A stretch of DNA of 24,000 bases. Source: an uncultured Acidobacteriota bacterium (lineage in GTDB: Bacteria; Acidobacteriota; Blastocatellia; Pyrinomonadales; Pyrinomonadaceae). Below, piece by piece: positions 1-8,345 of this stretch; position 1 is the stretch's first letter, and each line of letters opens with the position of its first letter. The DNA lies in assembly GCA_963826255.1 (NCBI GenBank), contig CAWGWK010000001.1, forward strand, positions 1,236,687 through 1,260,686. The letters run 5' to 3'. The position numbers and the translations under genes are program-made. Below the pieces are notes generated by a model. That model worked only from the letters and a program-made list of their open reading frames with translations, made no database searches and was not told the origin of the DNA.

Positions 1-1773
1 GCAAAACTAGAAGCTGACCGCATTCGAAAAGAGCGGCAGGCGCAAGCCCGCATGCTATTGGTCTCATTAGCCAGTGACGCGCGGAGTTTCCGGGAGCAAG
101 CGTTGCGCGCTCGCTCACTTGCCAGAATTGCGGATGCACTTTGGACCATTGATCCCGAACAGGGGCGGGCACTTTTCAGGAAAGCTTGGGAGGCCGCGGA
201 GATAGCTTATCGTGAAAACAATGAGCGCCTTAATATCCGCGATGGTGTTGTGGCCCTGAAACCAGACGAAGTTAACGCGGCGACCTTTTCTTCAATAGTC
301 TCAAATCCTGACTTGCGGGAAGAAGTCTTAAGGCTCGTTGGCCCACGCGATCGAATGTTGTCTGAGGAGTTCCTTGAGAAGTTAAAGGAGAGTCAGCTTA
401 AATCCGAAAACACGAGTCCCAGGTTGTGGGACCTTCCCGATGCACTGCAGCAGAGATTGACCCTCGCAGAAAATCTGTTGCGCACGGGCGATACTGAACG
501 TGCACTGCAATTGGCCCAACCTGTTCTAGGCACCGTAACCATCTCAACTCTGAATTTTCTCACGCTATTACGCGAGAAGGATTCCGCTGCTGCCGACCGA
601 CGTTATGCAGCTATGCTGGTTAGCACGGGCAACAATATGATGGCCGACGCAAATACGGTATCGTTGCTGTCATCGTATATCTTTACCCCTAACACGTACG
701 TTATCTTCAACAGCGAAGGCGGCGCCTCATCCTCTTTTATGCCGACCGCGCCGGCAAATGTTAGCCCGCAATTGCGACTCGCTTTTTTCCAGACCGCCAG
801 CGCCGTTCTATTGCGACCGCAACCATCGCCGGAGCAGGATCAAAGCTCCCCGGGAATTGCCGGCAAGTTTATGGTTATCAAGCGCCTACTGCCGCTATTT
901 GAGCAGTACGCGCCGGGGGAAATGGTTGCGTCAATGCGCGGCCAATTTGAGGCACTCAATTCTTTAGTGAGCGACAGTGTTCGTCGCGCAGAAACTGAAT
1001 CGTTACAAAAAGAAATCACTAGTGAGGAGTCGTTTGCAGATCGGGAATCCCCCCTTTTCGATCGGCTTGAGCATGCCGAAACTTCAGATGAGCGCGATCA
1101 TCTTTATTTCAAACTGGCTTCACTCGCTCTCAAAGCAGATGACCTGAAGGCTCGCGACTATGTAAGCAAGATTGAAGAGAGCGAATTTCGCAAACAAGCA
1201 GAAGCGTGGGTTGACTGGAGTTTGGTCGTCACTGCTATCAAGAAGAAAAAGGCCGACTTGGCGTTGGAACTCAACCGCATTGGAGAGTTAACCCACATCC
1301 AACGAGTGTGGGTCCTCACTCAAACGGCGAAACTGCTGGCGAAGACTGATCGCGTCAAAGCTTCATCGTTGCTTGACGCCGCAAACGCCGAAGCGCGTCG
1401 AATTGACGGAGGAAATCTGGATCGACCGTGGGCGTTATTTGCGATCGCCAATGCTTTGAGAGTGTTCGAGCCTTCGCGAGTGTCAGAAGCCATCTTTGAT
1501 GCAGTTAAGGCGGCAAACTCGACCGACGGGTTCACGGGTGAAGGCGGTATGATTACGCAGGCAATGCATAGCAAGGGTGTGGTCAGCATAAATCCGCAGA
1601 ACGTTCCCGACTTTGATATCGAAGAACTTTTCGCTGCGCTAGCAAAGGAAGATTACGAGCGCGCTGTCCAGTTCGCACGCGGCTTCCAGGGCGAAGCCGC
1701 TCGAGCAAACGCGACCATCGCAATTGCTCGCTCGGTGCTTAATGAAAAAGTGACTCGTGTTCCTACGCCATAA
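1..1773 (+). CDS. hypothetical alpha-helical repeat protein, 5' end probably outside the window
   Basis: Frame 1 is open from base 1: AKLEADRIRKERQAQAR precedes the first ATG at 52, and that ATG has no Shine-Dalgarno. The ORF is longer than 573 codons with helix-rich A/L/R/E composition. I recognise no catalytic motif. Confidence 0.6.
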   Translation, partial: AKLEADRIRKERQAQARMLLVSLASDARSFREQALRARSLARIADALWTIDPEQGRALFRKAWEAAEIAYRENNERLNIRDGVVALKPDEVNAATFSSIVSNPDLREEVLRLVGPRDRMLSEEFLEKLKESQLKSENTSPRLWDLPDALQQRLTLAENLLRTGDTERALQLAQPVLGTVTISTLNFLTLLREKDSAAADRRYAAMLVSTGNNMMADANTVSLLSSYIFTPNTYVIFNSEGGASSSFMPTAPANVSPQLRLAFFQTASAVLLRPQPSPEQDQSSPGIAGKFMVIKRLLPLFEQYAPGEMVASMRGQFEALNSLVSDSVRRAETESLQKEITSEESFADRESPLFDRLEHAETSDERDHLYFKLASLALKADDLKARDYVSKIEESEFRKQAEAWVDWSLVVTAIKKKKADLALELNRIGELTHIQRVWVLTQTAKLLAKTDRVKASSLLDAANAEARRIDGGNLDRPWALFAIANALRVFEPSRVSEAIFDAVKAANSTDGFTGEGGMITQAMHSKGVVSINPQNVPDFDIEELFAALAKEDYERAVQFARGFQGEAARANATIAIARSVLNEKVTRVPTP

Positions 1774-1904
1774 CCGGAACCAATAGCTACAAACTCCAGC
1801 GTCACGAATAACTATCGTCCGAAAAGTCGAAAAGCTTTAACGCGATTTACTGATTTAATCGTCCCCGGTGTTTCTCACTTTCACCTCGCGGAAGGGAGCC
1901 TTAC

Positions 1905-2210
1905 ATGAAACAACCAAGTATATCGTCAGTTTTCCGCTCGGTCACAAGACAAGTATTCCTTCTCACAATTTCCTACGCGCAGCGCACCAAGCTATGCGAC
2001 ACCTGGAATACAGGCTGGCCATGCGCCACAGCCGGCGACGTTCTCAGTTGCCGATCCCTGGCATCATACTGTCCCGCCGAATGCCCTAATCCAGACGGAT
2101 ACAACTGTTGTATCTACGAGGAATATCGCTGTCCACTTTACCCGTTTAGGATTTGGTCCCAGCAGGATTGTGGCGGACAGTGCTTTAACGAAAGGAGTGG
2201 GGCAAGATGA
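1905..2210 (+). CDS. small Cys-rich, probably secreted protein (101 aa, 10 Cys in the last ~75 aa)
   Basis: SD GGAAGGGAG lies 7 nt upstream of the ATG. The N-terminus MKQPSISSVFRSVTRQVFLLTISYA-Q looks like a weak signal peptide. The stop overlaps the next start (ATGA at 2207-2210), which suggests translational coupling. Confidence 0.5.
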   Translation: MKQPSISSVFRSVTRQVFLLTISYAQRTKLCDTWNTGWPCATAGDVLSCRSLASYCPAECPNPDGYNCCIYEEYRCPLYPFRIWSQQDCGGQCFNERSGAR

Positions 2211-2530
2211 AGAAGCGATTGTTAATGCTACTTCTTATTGCGTTGGTGATTGCGGCAGGCATCATAGCTGGACGCACTCGCGCAAATCGGTATGCAAGGC
2301 GAACGAGCTGGCCGGCCGTAACGATTGTTTCTCGTCTGACGGACTATGGCCTGGATGGAGAAGTCCTAAGCTCTGAAATGTTTATTAGACAGCAACACGC
2401 TAATGGCTTTTGGCAAGAGGAGACCGCCAATCGTGGCAATGGTACGTCCCGACGCTCTACTGGGCAGATCGATGTTTCGCGAGTTCCGACTGTGCAAGAA
2501 TACGAGCGAGCCGCTGCTGAAACAGGTTAA
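2207..2530 (+). CDS. membrane-anchored or secreted hypothetical protein (107 aa); the same frame stays protein-like beyond the TAA stop to 2692
   Basis: SD AAGGAG lies ~10 nt upstream. The N-terminus is MKKRLLMLLLIALVIAAGIIAG (signal/anchor). There is a 4-nt ATGA overlap with the upstream ORF. The in-frame continuation is described in findings. Confidence 0.55.
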   Translation: MKKRLLMLLLIALVIAAGIIAGRTRANRYARRTSWPAVTIVSRLTDYGLDGEVLSSEMFIRQQHANGFWQEETANRGNGTSRRSTGQIDVSRVPTVQEYERAAAETG

Positions 2531-3499
2531 CCCGAAGCGCGACTGCTCGGGTATCGCGTGTTCATCCAAAAGGATGCATGGGAAGAATTCTGGTACGCGC
2601 CGGAACTCGATGCAGTGCTCACAGCAGTCAGGTACAACGATGATGGATCAGTGAGCCATGTTATCGAAGCTGTCTCGGTAACTCCCCGCTGATTATTGGA
2701 CCAATCGGCGTTGCCGAGAAATTGGCTTTTCCGTCAACACGAAGCTCCCGCCGTTTGTATATTCCCGAGTTTCTGCGTCCTCTCATACTCACCTGCCACG
2801 CGGATCGGCCCTTTCCCGCTCTAAATGCTTTTTACGATCACTCATAAGGCCAAAAATTGGCTGGCGCACTAAAGGTCTTCCCGGTTCTTCGATCTACGCA
2901 CTTTGTCAATGATGGGTTAACCTGCCACAAAACGGCAAAGACGCAAACTTTGCACATTACTCACGCGCGTGCGTATTGTCTTTTCCAATTAGGGTCTTTT
3001 AGCCTTTGCTTGCATGATCGTCACTCCGCTTCGAAAAGCTCGAATGAAGGTGAAGATATTCCAAGGGGCGCTCGCCTTGGCGCGGTGAGTTGGAGTCCAT
3101 GTGCCAACCTTCCTTGTCCGCCTCTCGCTCCGCGCCACCTTGAACCCAATTGGAAGATCTCTTGCGTAATATCGGTTTCGGTGATAATTTCCCCGCGCAT
3201 CTAGTGGGCTTTTGGAAGGGGTCTGCTGGACCGGCTGGTCAATTCCGATTCCATTTCATTCTCAAGCAGAGGCAATGTTGTGTCTCCACGAGTAGCTGAT
3301 AACGCGGCTTGACTTCTGCATCGAAATGGGGCAAAAGTGCATCCAACCGAGTCAAAATAGTGAGCGAATTTCCCCAGCTTCTATGGAAGGTTTTAGCCTT
3401 TGTGTCTTTATCAGCGTGAAGGTGCCGGTTCCAGATTTGCAGCTATTTGGGAACTGAAGGTGTAATCCTCCCGTTTTTTATTTATGAAGGAGATTAAGA

Positions 3500-3745
3500 A
3501 TGTCCACCAGTGCAAAAGAAGCTAAAGAGAAGTATGCAGAAGTTCGCACAAGTAAAGACGGGCGAAGGTATGTCAACGTTTCTGATGTATTAAATAGTCC
3601 TGCGGGCAGGGCGGAGATTCGCCGTCAGGCTGAGCACTTCAAGCAAGTCCGGCACACGGAGAGTGGAGCAGCCGAAAGCAAAGGTACTAAGGTAACCAAC
3701 AATCCCAACGGAACCAACAGGAGCAGCAACACGACAAAGGGGTAG
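3500..3745 (+). CDS. small hydrophilic hypothetical protein (81 aa)
   Basis: Strong SD GAAGGAGA lies 7 nt upstream of the ATG. The protein is Lys/Arg/Glu-rich with a low-complexity N/T/S tail. I recognise no motif. Confidence 0.5.
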   Translation: MSTSAKEAKEKYAEVRTSKDGRRYVNVSDVLNSPAGRAEIRRQAEHFKQVRHTESGAAESKGTKVTNNPNGTNRSSNTTKG

Positions 3746-3799
3746 TATCTAGAGAATGCAGTAGTTGCAGCTTGCGGGGTCCTTTCCCCCCTATAAAGC

Positions 3800-4660
3800 A
3801 TGCCAGAAAACATTTTCCTCCTTCTCCCACTCATTGGCGGTTTTATCTTCGCCAAAAATTGGAACAAAACAAAGTGGTATGCCGCGCGATGGGAGAAGGA
3901 GCGACTTTTGCTCAATTCTGCGCTTTGGGGTCTGCTCTTTTTCGGAGTTGCCTATCTAATTATCGTCCTTCAGGACGTTCTACCTTGCGCTTGGACCTAC
4001 CCATGCCTCCCTCGTTGGCCTATGGACATGGGTGAATTCAAGTATCTTGGACCATCTCTTCTTGCACTGATAATCGGCAGTTTTCTTTGGAGACCAGCTA
4101 ACCTGATTTGGCAAAAACAAGAGGATGCGATCATCAAGAATGAGGGAACCCTGCTGGATATCTTAGCAAATGATTCAATGAAACAACGGAAGACGGTGCT
4201 CCTCACGCTCAAGACCGGGAAGGTTTACACGGGCTTTATCACGAGCGCCGCTTCCCCGGGTCATTCTCGCCCGATGCTTCGCATCCTTCCTACCAACAGC
4301 GGCTATCGGCACAGGGATACACAGCGCGTGATTTTTACAGCAGCCTATTCTGAGGCTCTCGATGACTTAGCAACCGACTTGGACACATTGGAGGAGGAGA
4401 TCGACGGGGTGCTGATTTCGTTAGCAGAATTGAAGCATAGAGCCATTATGAATCCAATTGACGAGGAGACTATTATCGACCTAGTCGGCCCGCTCGCGGA
4501 TCACGTAAGAGAGTTAGCCAGCCGAAAAGATAGGTTGGCGAGTGGGGTTGAGGATTTCGGCATCTTGATACCGGTTGATGAGATAGCAAGCGTCACACTC
4601 TACCATGCGGAGATTCAGACACAGTATTTCACTCCATTGGAGCAGTTGGACGAAGAGTAA
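3800..4660 (+). CDS. integral membrane protein: three N-terminal TM helices plus a ~170-aa soluble C-terminal domain
   Basis: The 286-aa ORF has hydrophobic segments IFLLLPLIGGFIFA, LWGLLFFGVAYLIIVL and LGPSLLALIIGSFLW. The C-terminus is acidic. No clear SD was found. Function unknown. Confidence 0.6.
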   Translation: MPENIFLLLPLIGGFIFAKNWNKTKWYAARWEKERLLLNSALWGLLFFGVAYLIIVLQDVLPCAWTYPCLPRWPMDMGEFKYLGPSLLALIIGSFLWRPANLIWQKQEDAIIKNEGTLLDILANDSMKQRKTVLLTLKTGKVYTGFITSAASPGHSRPMLRILPTNSGYRHRDTQRVIFTAAYSEALDDLATDLDTLEEEIDGVLISLAELKHRAIMNPIDEETIIDLVGPLADHVRELASRKDRLASGVEDFGILIPVDEIASVTLYHAEIQTQYFTPLEQLDEE

Positions 4661-4871
4661 AGCGAGCTTTGGCAAGATCGTCGTGCGTATCCTTTGCCTC
4701 CCAGAATCATGCGGCAGTCGATATTCATTATTCAAAAGAAGTGCTAAGTATTCGCGTACAGTTGCGCGAATAAGCTCACTGAGCACAATGTCTTTGAAAG
4801 CTCCTTGGTGTCGGCTTCCTCTTACTAGGGACTCAAACGACCAGACTTTGTTTGGCGCACTTATAGGCACA

Positions 4872-4904
4872 CAAAACGGGCGACTCGGAAATTGAGCCGC
4901 CCGT
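4872..4904 (-). terminator. rho-independent terminator downstream of tRNA-Gln
   Basis: On the minus strand a hairpin ACGGGCG(g-ctc...gag-t)CGCCCGT (plus strand 4876-4904) is followed by TTTTGTGTG. It lies 18 nt after the tRNA 3' end. Confidence 0.55.
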
Positions 4905-4921
4905 AAGTGTTTGATTCTATT

Positions 4922-4995
4922 TGGCTGGGAGGCAGGGACTCGAACCCCGATAGCCAGATCCAGAGTCTGGAGTCCTACCATTGGACGACCTCCCA
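4922..4995 (-). tRNA. tRNA-Gln (anticodon CUG)
   Basis: The reverse complement is TGGGAGGTCGTCCAATGGTAGGACTCCAGACTCTGGATCTGGCTATCGGGGTTCGAGTCCCTGCCTCCCAGCCA. It folds as acceptor TGGGAGG/CCTCCCA, D arm GTCC-AATGGTA-GGAC, anticodon arm CCAGA-CTCTGGA-TCTGG (anticodon CTG) and T arm CGGGG-TTCGAGT-CCCTG. The discriminator is G and the CCA is encoded. U1-A72 and G73 are typical of bacterial tRNA-Gln. Confidence 0.92.
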
Positions 4996-5146
4996 GCAAG
5001 GATTCTGAATTTACGTATCGAGGCTAAGCTTGTCAACTACAGTACAGAAATAACAAATGGGAGGTTCAGAGTTCAGCCTCACACTGCTGTTTTGAGGCGC
5101 AGGCTGAAGCTTGAACTCTGAACTGTTCATGCAATCCCTGTCGATA

Positions 5147-6202
5147 TTAATCATTAACGTGAGGCAGCTTGAACTTACCCGCTGCGGCCAACTCCTCCAC
5201 TTCCTCCGGGAGATACTCCCAATGCCATGGTTCCCCTGACACTGTCCGCACAAAACCATGCTTCGGCCCGTTTCTCTTCAGCCACTCGTAGATCTTGTCG
5301 GATCCATTGATCTTATCTCTGGTGTTGAGATCAAACGCTTGTCCGTGTTGGTGGTCTGACCTGCCTGGTTTGGCGGCTAGATTGCCCTGCCCTTTCTTGA
5401 ATAGGTCAAACAGCTGAGCCTGTCGCTGGAAGGTGCGAAAGGCGCTGTGGATTGCGAGTGGAATATTCTCCTCCTCGGCAGCGTCTTTCAGTTTCATGTA
5501 CGCATCGAGGCTGTCGAATGTGATCTGTTCCATCTCACCGCCGACCCCAACGATATTCACCAGCAGTTTAGGACCAATGTGCTCACCTCTGCGCCAACAC
5601 GCATTCGGTCCTTTTTGATCGGTCCAATCGTCTGAGAAGTAGAGGTCGGAGCAGCCATCTTTCAAGTTTGAAGCTAGTGTCCATCCGATCTCTTCACCGA
5701 GCTCCATCTCACCTTGCTCGATCTTGATGTTGCTGACTTTAACGTGTTTGCGATCGGATGAAGTTTCAGTAACAACAACAAACGACTTAATCGGTATCGT
5801 TGTCCCCTTCGAGGTAAAGTTTGGCGGGCCTTCACGGATGAATGCCTTCTTATCGACGCAGGTCATGTTTGTGCCACTCGGCGGCAGATCCCATTTCGAC
5901 GGCGCGAGGCCGGCAGTTTCATTCTTGAACCCGCCCTCCAAATTCGTGGCAGCGGTCCAGCCGAAAGGTTTTCCAGTGTCATTTGCAGCAGCGAGCACGT
6001 AAGTGTGCCTGTCGGAATCCGCTTTGACATCCAGCACCCGCACTTCCGTTCGCTGCGGAATGATTTTGAAGTCTCCGACATTCTTGCCGGGCGGCAGCTC
6101 TTCGCCGGCTTTGTATGTCTGTGCTCTAAATTTTTCGTCGCGGATAAGGGCTTTGTTCGACTCCACGACAAATACTTTCCCAACGTAGCTCGTAAAGTTC
6201 AT
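5147..6202 (-). CDS. peptidase M15 (VanY-type D,D-carboxypeptidase / cell-wall hydrolase) with two N-terminal SH3b-like repeats and no signal peptide
   Basis: The C-terminal motifs are SAFRTFQRQ, SDHQHGQAFD (SxHxxGxAxD Zn site) and EPWHWEY (second His). Two ~70-aa modules each end in GWT(A/L)A(T/S)NL. SD GGAGGGGAGG lies upstream of the ATG at 6202. Confidence 0.85.
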   Translation of the reverse strand: MNFTSYVGKVFVVESNKALIRDEKFRAQTYKAGEELPPGKNVGDFKIIPQRTEVRVLDVKADSDRHTYVLAAANDTGKPFGWTAATNLEGGFKNETAGLAPSKWDLPPSGTNMTCVDKKAFIREGPPNFTSKGTTIPIKSFVVVTETSSDRKHVKVSNIKIEQGEMELGEEIGWTLASNLKDGCSDLYFSDDWTDQKGPNACWRRGEHIGPKLLVNIVGVGGEMEQITFDSLDAYMKLKDAAEEENIPLAIHSAFRTFQRQAQLFDLFKKGQGNLAAKPGRSDHQHGQAFDLNTRDKINGSDKIYEWLKRNGPKHGFVRTVSGEPWHWEYLPEEVEELAAAGKFKLPHVND

Positions 6203-6424
6203 GGCTAATCCTCCCCTCCGGTATGAAACGTTTGAATTATCCCGTCATTCTATATGGCGAAACTCGCAAATACATTTTGTGCAGCCCGTAAAAAACTAAT
6301 GCTTGAACTGGAGTGTGTTCAAGATGCACAATGGGGTCTGTTCTAGCGGCTAGAACGGCACACCTAAACGCAAACAAAGACAATTGCCTTTTATCTTCTT
6401 TTTCCGAACCCATACGGAGAGTCG

Positions 6425-6703
6425 ATGACTGAACACGACAAGGACGAGCAGCTTGCCCAATACCGGCTCAAACTCGAAGAGACTGCCGCCCTCGTAGCTC
6501 GTATTCGTCACGAGATTAACAATCCCCTTACCGGTGTGTTGGGCCAGGCCCAACTTTTATTGCGTGAAGAATTGAGCGAACGATCGCGGAAACGAGTCCA
6601 GACGATTGAAGATCTTGCACTGCGGTTGAGAGACGTTGTGGCCCAGTTACGTGAGGTGCAAAGACCGGGCGGCGACGGCGAGAGCGAACAGTCGGCTAGC
6701 TAG
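6425..6703 (+). CDS. stand-alone HisKA/DHp-domain protein (92 aa), no ATPase domain
   Basis: The H-box RIRHEINNPLTGVLGQAQLLL is embedded in two predicted long helices. SD GGAGAG lies 5 nt upstream of the ATG. The ORF ends 8 bp inside the convergent rSAM gene. Confidence 0.6.
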   Translation: MTEHDKDEQLAQYRLKLEETAALVARIRHEINNPLTGVLGQAQLLLREELSERSRKRVQTIEDLALRLRDVVAQLREVQRPGGDGESEQSAS

Positions 6704-7604
6704 TAAGCCGCTTCACTGATTCTTTCAACATCAAGCGCCGGCTGCTGATCGTCGCCATGTGAAAAGGGACCACACATCCGCAGCGATCGCAATCGGCGTT
6801 GTCGCCCATCATGCATTTTCCCTTTTGCTCGCCGGTTGGACCAAACGCGAACGCTTTCAAACGAAACTCACAATTGTCGGTAACTTTTTTCGCATTCCTG
6901 GATCTCATCAGCTCGAGCGTGGAGTCGAGCATGTTGATGTATCCCGGATACTGCTTCTTCAGCGAAAGAATCTGATCTATCAATTGATCACGTACAGGCC
7001 AGTCAAGCCATAGCACTTCGTTGAGCCCTGTCACTGGCGTGAAGAAGTCGAAGATGATCCCACCGCGTGCGATTGGTCCCCACTCCTTAACGAGATCTTC
7101 CACGCAGTCTTTAGTGATGCTCGTCAGCACGCAGGAGATCTGAATGTTCAACTCCTGATGAGCAACGACGTTCTGTTTTATCTTTTGATAGATACCCGGT
7201 GCACGCATGCGCGCGAAAGCTTCTTCAGTGCCGTCGATTGAGATGACCCAAGTGCAGTTGGGCCAGTTCGGCAGCTCCATCGTTCCGTTGGTAACGATGG
7301 TATTGTGTTTGAAGTACTTCCTGCCAACCTCGATCAGTTGCTTTCGGACCATGGGTTCGCCGCCAACCCACGTGCACAGCATCATGGGATGACCGGCAGC
7401 CTTCATTGCTTCGAGCTTCTCCAGCCACTTCTCGATCGAGAGTTCTTTTTCGTTATCGTGATCTTCCGCGAAGAAATAGCAGTGCTCACAACGCAGGTTG
7501 CAGCGGTTTGTGACGTCGATCGAGCCGACTGCAAACTTCGGCAGACCAAAGACGAATAGTTTGGTGATGTCGCGGAGCTTGTTAAGCTTTCGGCGTACGT
7601 TCAT
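6696..7604 (-). CDS. radical SAM protein (~302 aa) with a C-terminal Cys cluster
   Basis: It has IDVTNRCNLRCEHCYF (CxxxCxxC), a GGEP motif (WVGGEPMV), and the C-terminal KCMMGDNADCDRCGCVVPF. I chose the ATG at 7604. The open frame extends to a TTG at 7658, and neither start has a clear SD. Confidence 0.8.
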   Translation of the reverse strand: MNVRRKLNKLRDITKLFVFGLPKFAVGSIDVTNRCNLRCEHCYFFAEDHDNEKELSIEKWLEKLEAMKAAGHPMMLCTWVGGEPMVRKQLIEVGRKYFKHNTIVTNGTMELPNWPNCTWVISIDGTEEAFARMRAPGIYQKIKQNVVAHQELNIQISCVLTSITKDCVEDLVKEWGPIARGGIIFDFFTPVTGLNEVLWLDWPVRDQLIDQILSLKKQYPGYINMLDSTLELMRSRNAKKVTDNCEFRLKAFAFGPTGEQKGKCMMGDNADCDRCGCVVPFHMATISSRRLMLKESVKRLTS

Positions 7605-7701
7605 GCGGGAGTCATTATGCGGTGACGAGCAGTTTCCCGCAAAGGCGCAAAGACACAAAGAAGGCGCAAGATAGCTTAGCTTGGGTCACCACTGAAAATC
7701 G

Positions 7702-8265
7702 TTAGCTCTTAAGTGCCACCTTTTTCTCTTCATCAGTGTAGACCTTGATCTGGGTGCCGGGCTTGATAACCGCGTTTTTCCCTTTCTTCAAAAATCCTAA
7801 CGGACCAAAAAGAACGACCAGCGCGACTGTGGTCCCCGTCTTGTCATCGCCCTCTTTGCCTTTGCTGGAGCGCAGCTTGATCTTTTGATTATCCACTGTG
7901 GTGGAAGATTCCACGCGGATGCCAAGATTGCCACCCCTGCCCATCATTCCCGCTTTTTTTGCTTGAGCGACAACGCCCTTGACCAGGGTATCTTTGGCAA
8001 TGACAATTTGACCATCTATTTTTACGTCTTCCGCAACCTTGAAATTAAGCGGATCACCTTCAGCCGCCGTCTTACTGGTGATCTCATCGGTTGTAATGAC
8101 CGTGAATTCGGTGCCGTCCGGGATGACTTTCGTATTCTCGGTTTGGTGTTGCTGATCCTGTTTTCTCGTAGCTGCTGATAAGGAAGTGGGAGCAATGAGG
8201 CTGAGTAGTACCAGCATTATCACGACAGTCTGAAGCGGCTTGGGGGAATGGGTAGTTTTCTGCAT
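7702..8265 (-). CDS. secreted/periplasmic hypothetical protein (187 aa)
   Basis: SD AGGAGA lies 7 nt upstream. The signal peptide is PLQTVVIMLVLLSLIAPTSLSA-A. The mature part is beta-rich and Lys/Gly/Thr-rich. The gene sits between two rSAM genes on the same strand. Confidence 0.7.
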   Translation of the reverse strand: MQKTTHSPKPLQTVVIMLVLLSLIAPTSLSAATRKQDQQHQTENTKVIPDGTEFTVITTDEITSKTAAEGDPLNFKVAEDVKIDGQIVIAKDTLVKGVVAQAKKAGMMGRGGNLGIRVESSTTVDNQKIKLRSSKGKEGDDKTGTTVALVVLFGPLGFLKKGKNAVIKPGTQIKVYTDEEKKVALKS

Positions 8266-8345
8266 GGGTTTATCTCCTGAGAGTGGGTTAATAGTTTCCG
8301 CTCTGGGAAAGCAGCGGAGGGCGATAGGTGAGCGGTAAAACCGAA

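Noticed and set aside
2857-3204. 115-aa plus-strand ORF
   Set aside because: It starts on an alternative codon with no SD, and its Cys/His/Ser/Pro-rich composition is unlike a folded protein.
2997-3402. 12-bp direct repeat TTTTAGCCTTTG at 2997 and 3391
   Set aside because: A rough estimate (window length squared over two, divided by 4 to the 12th) gives more than ten chance 12-mer pairs in a 24-kb window, and nothing mobile lies between these two copies.
4514-4999. 161-aa minus-strand ORF, and the 96-aa plus-strand ORF at 4605-4895
   Set aside because: The minus-strand ORF begins inside tRNA-Gln and runs across the terminator hairpin. The plus-strand ORF lies in the same non-coding gap and ends inside the terminator hairpin. 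The tRNA fold is unambiguous.
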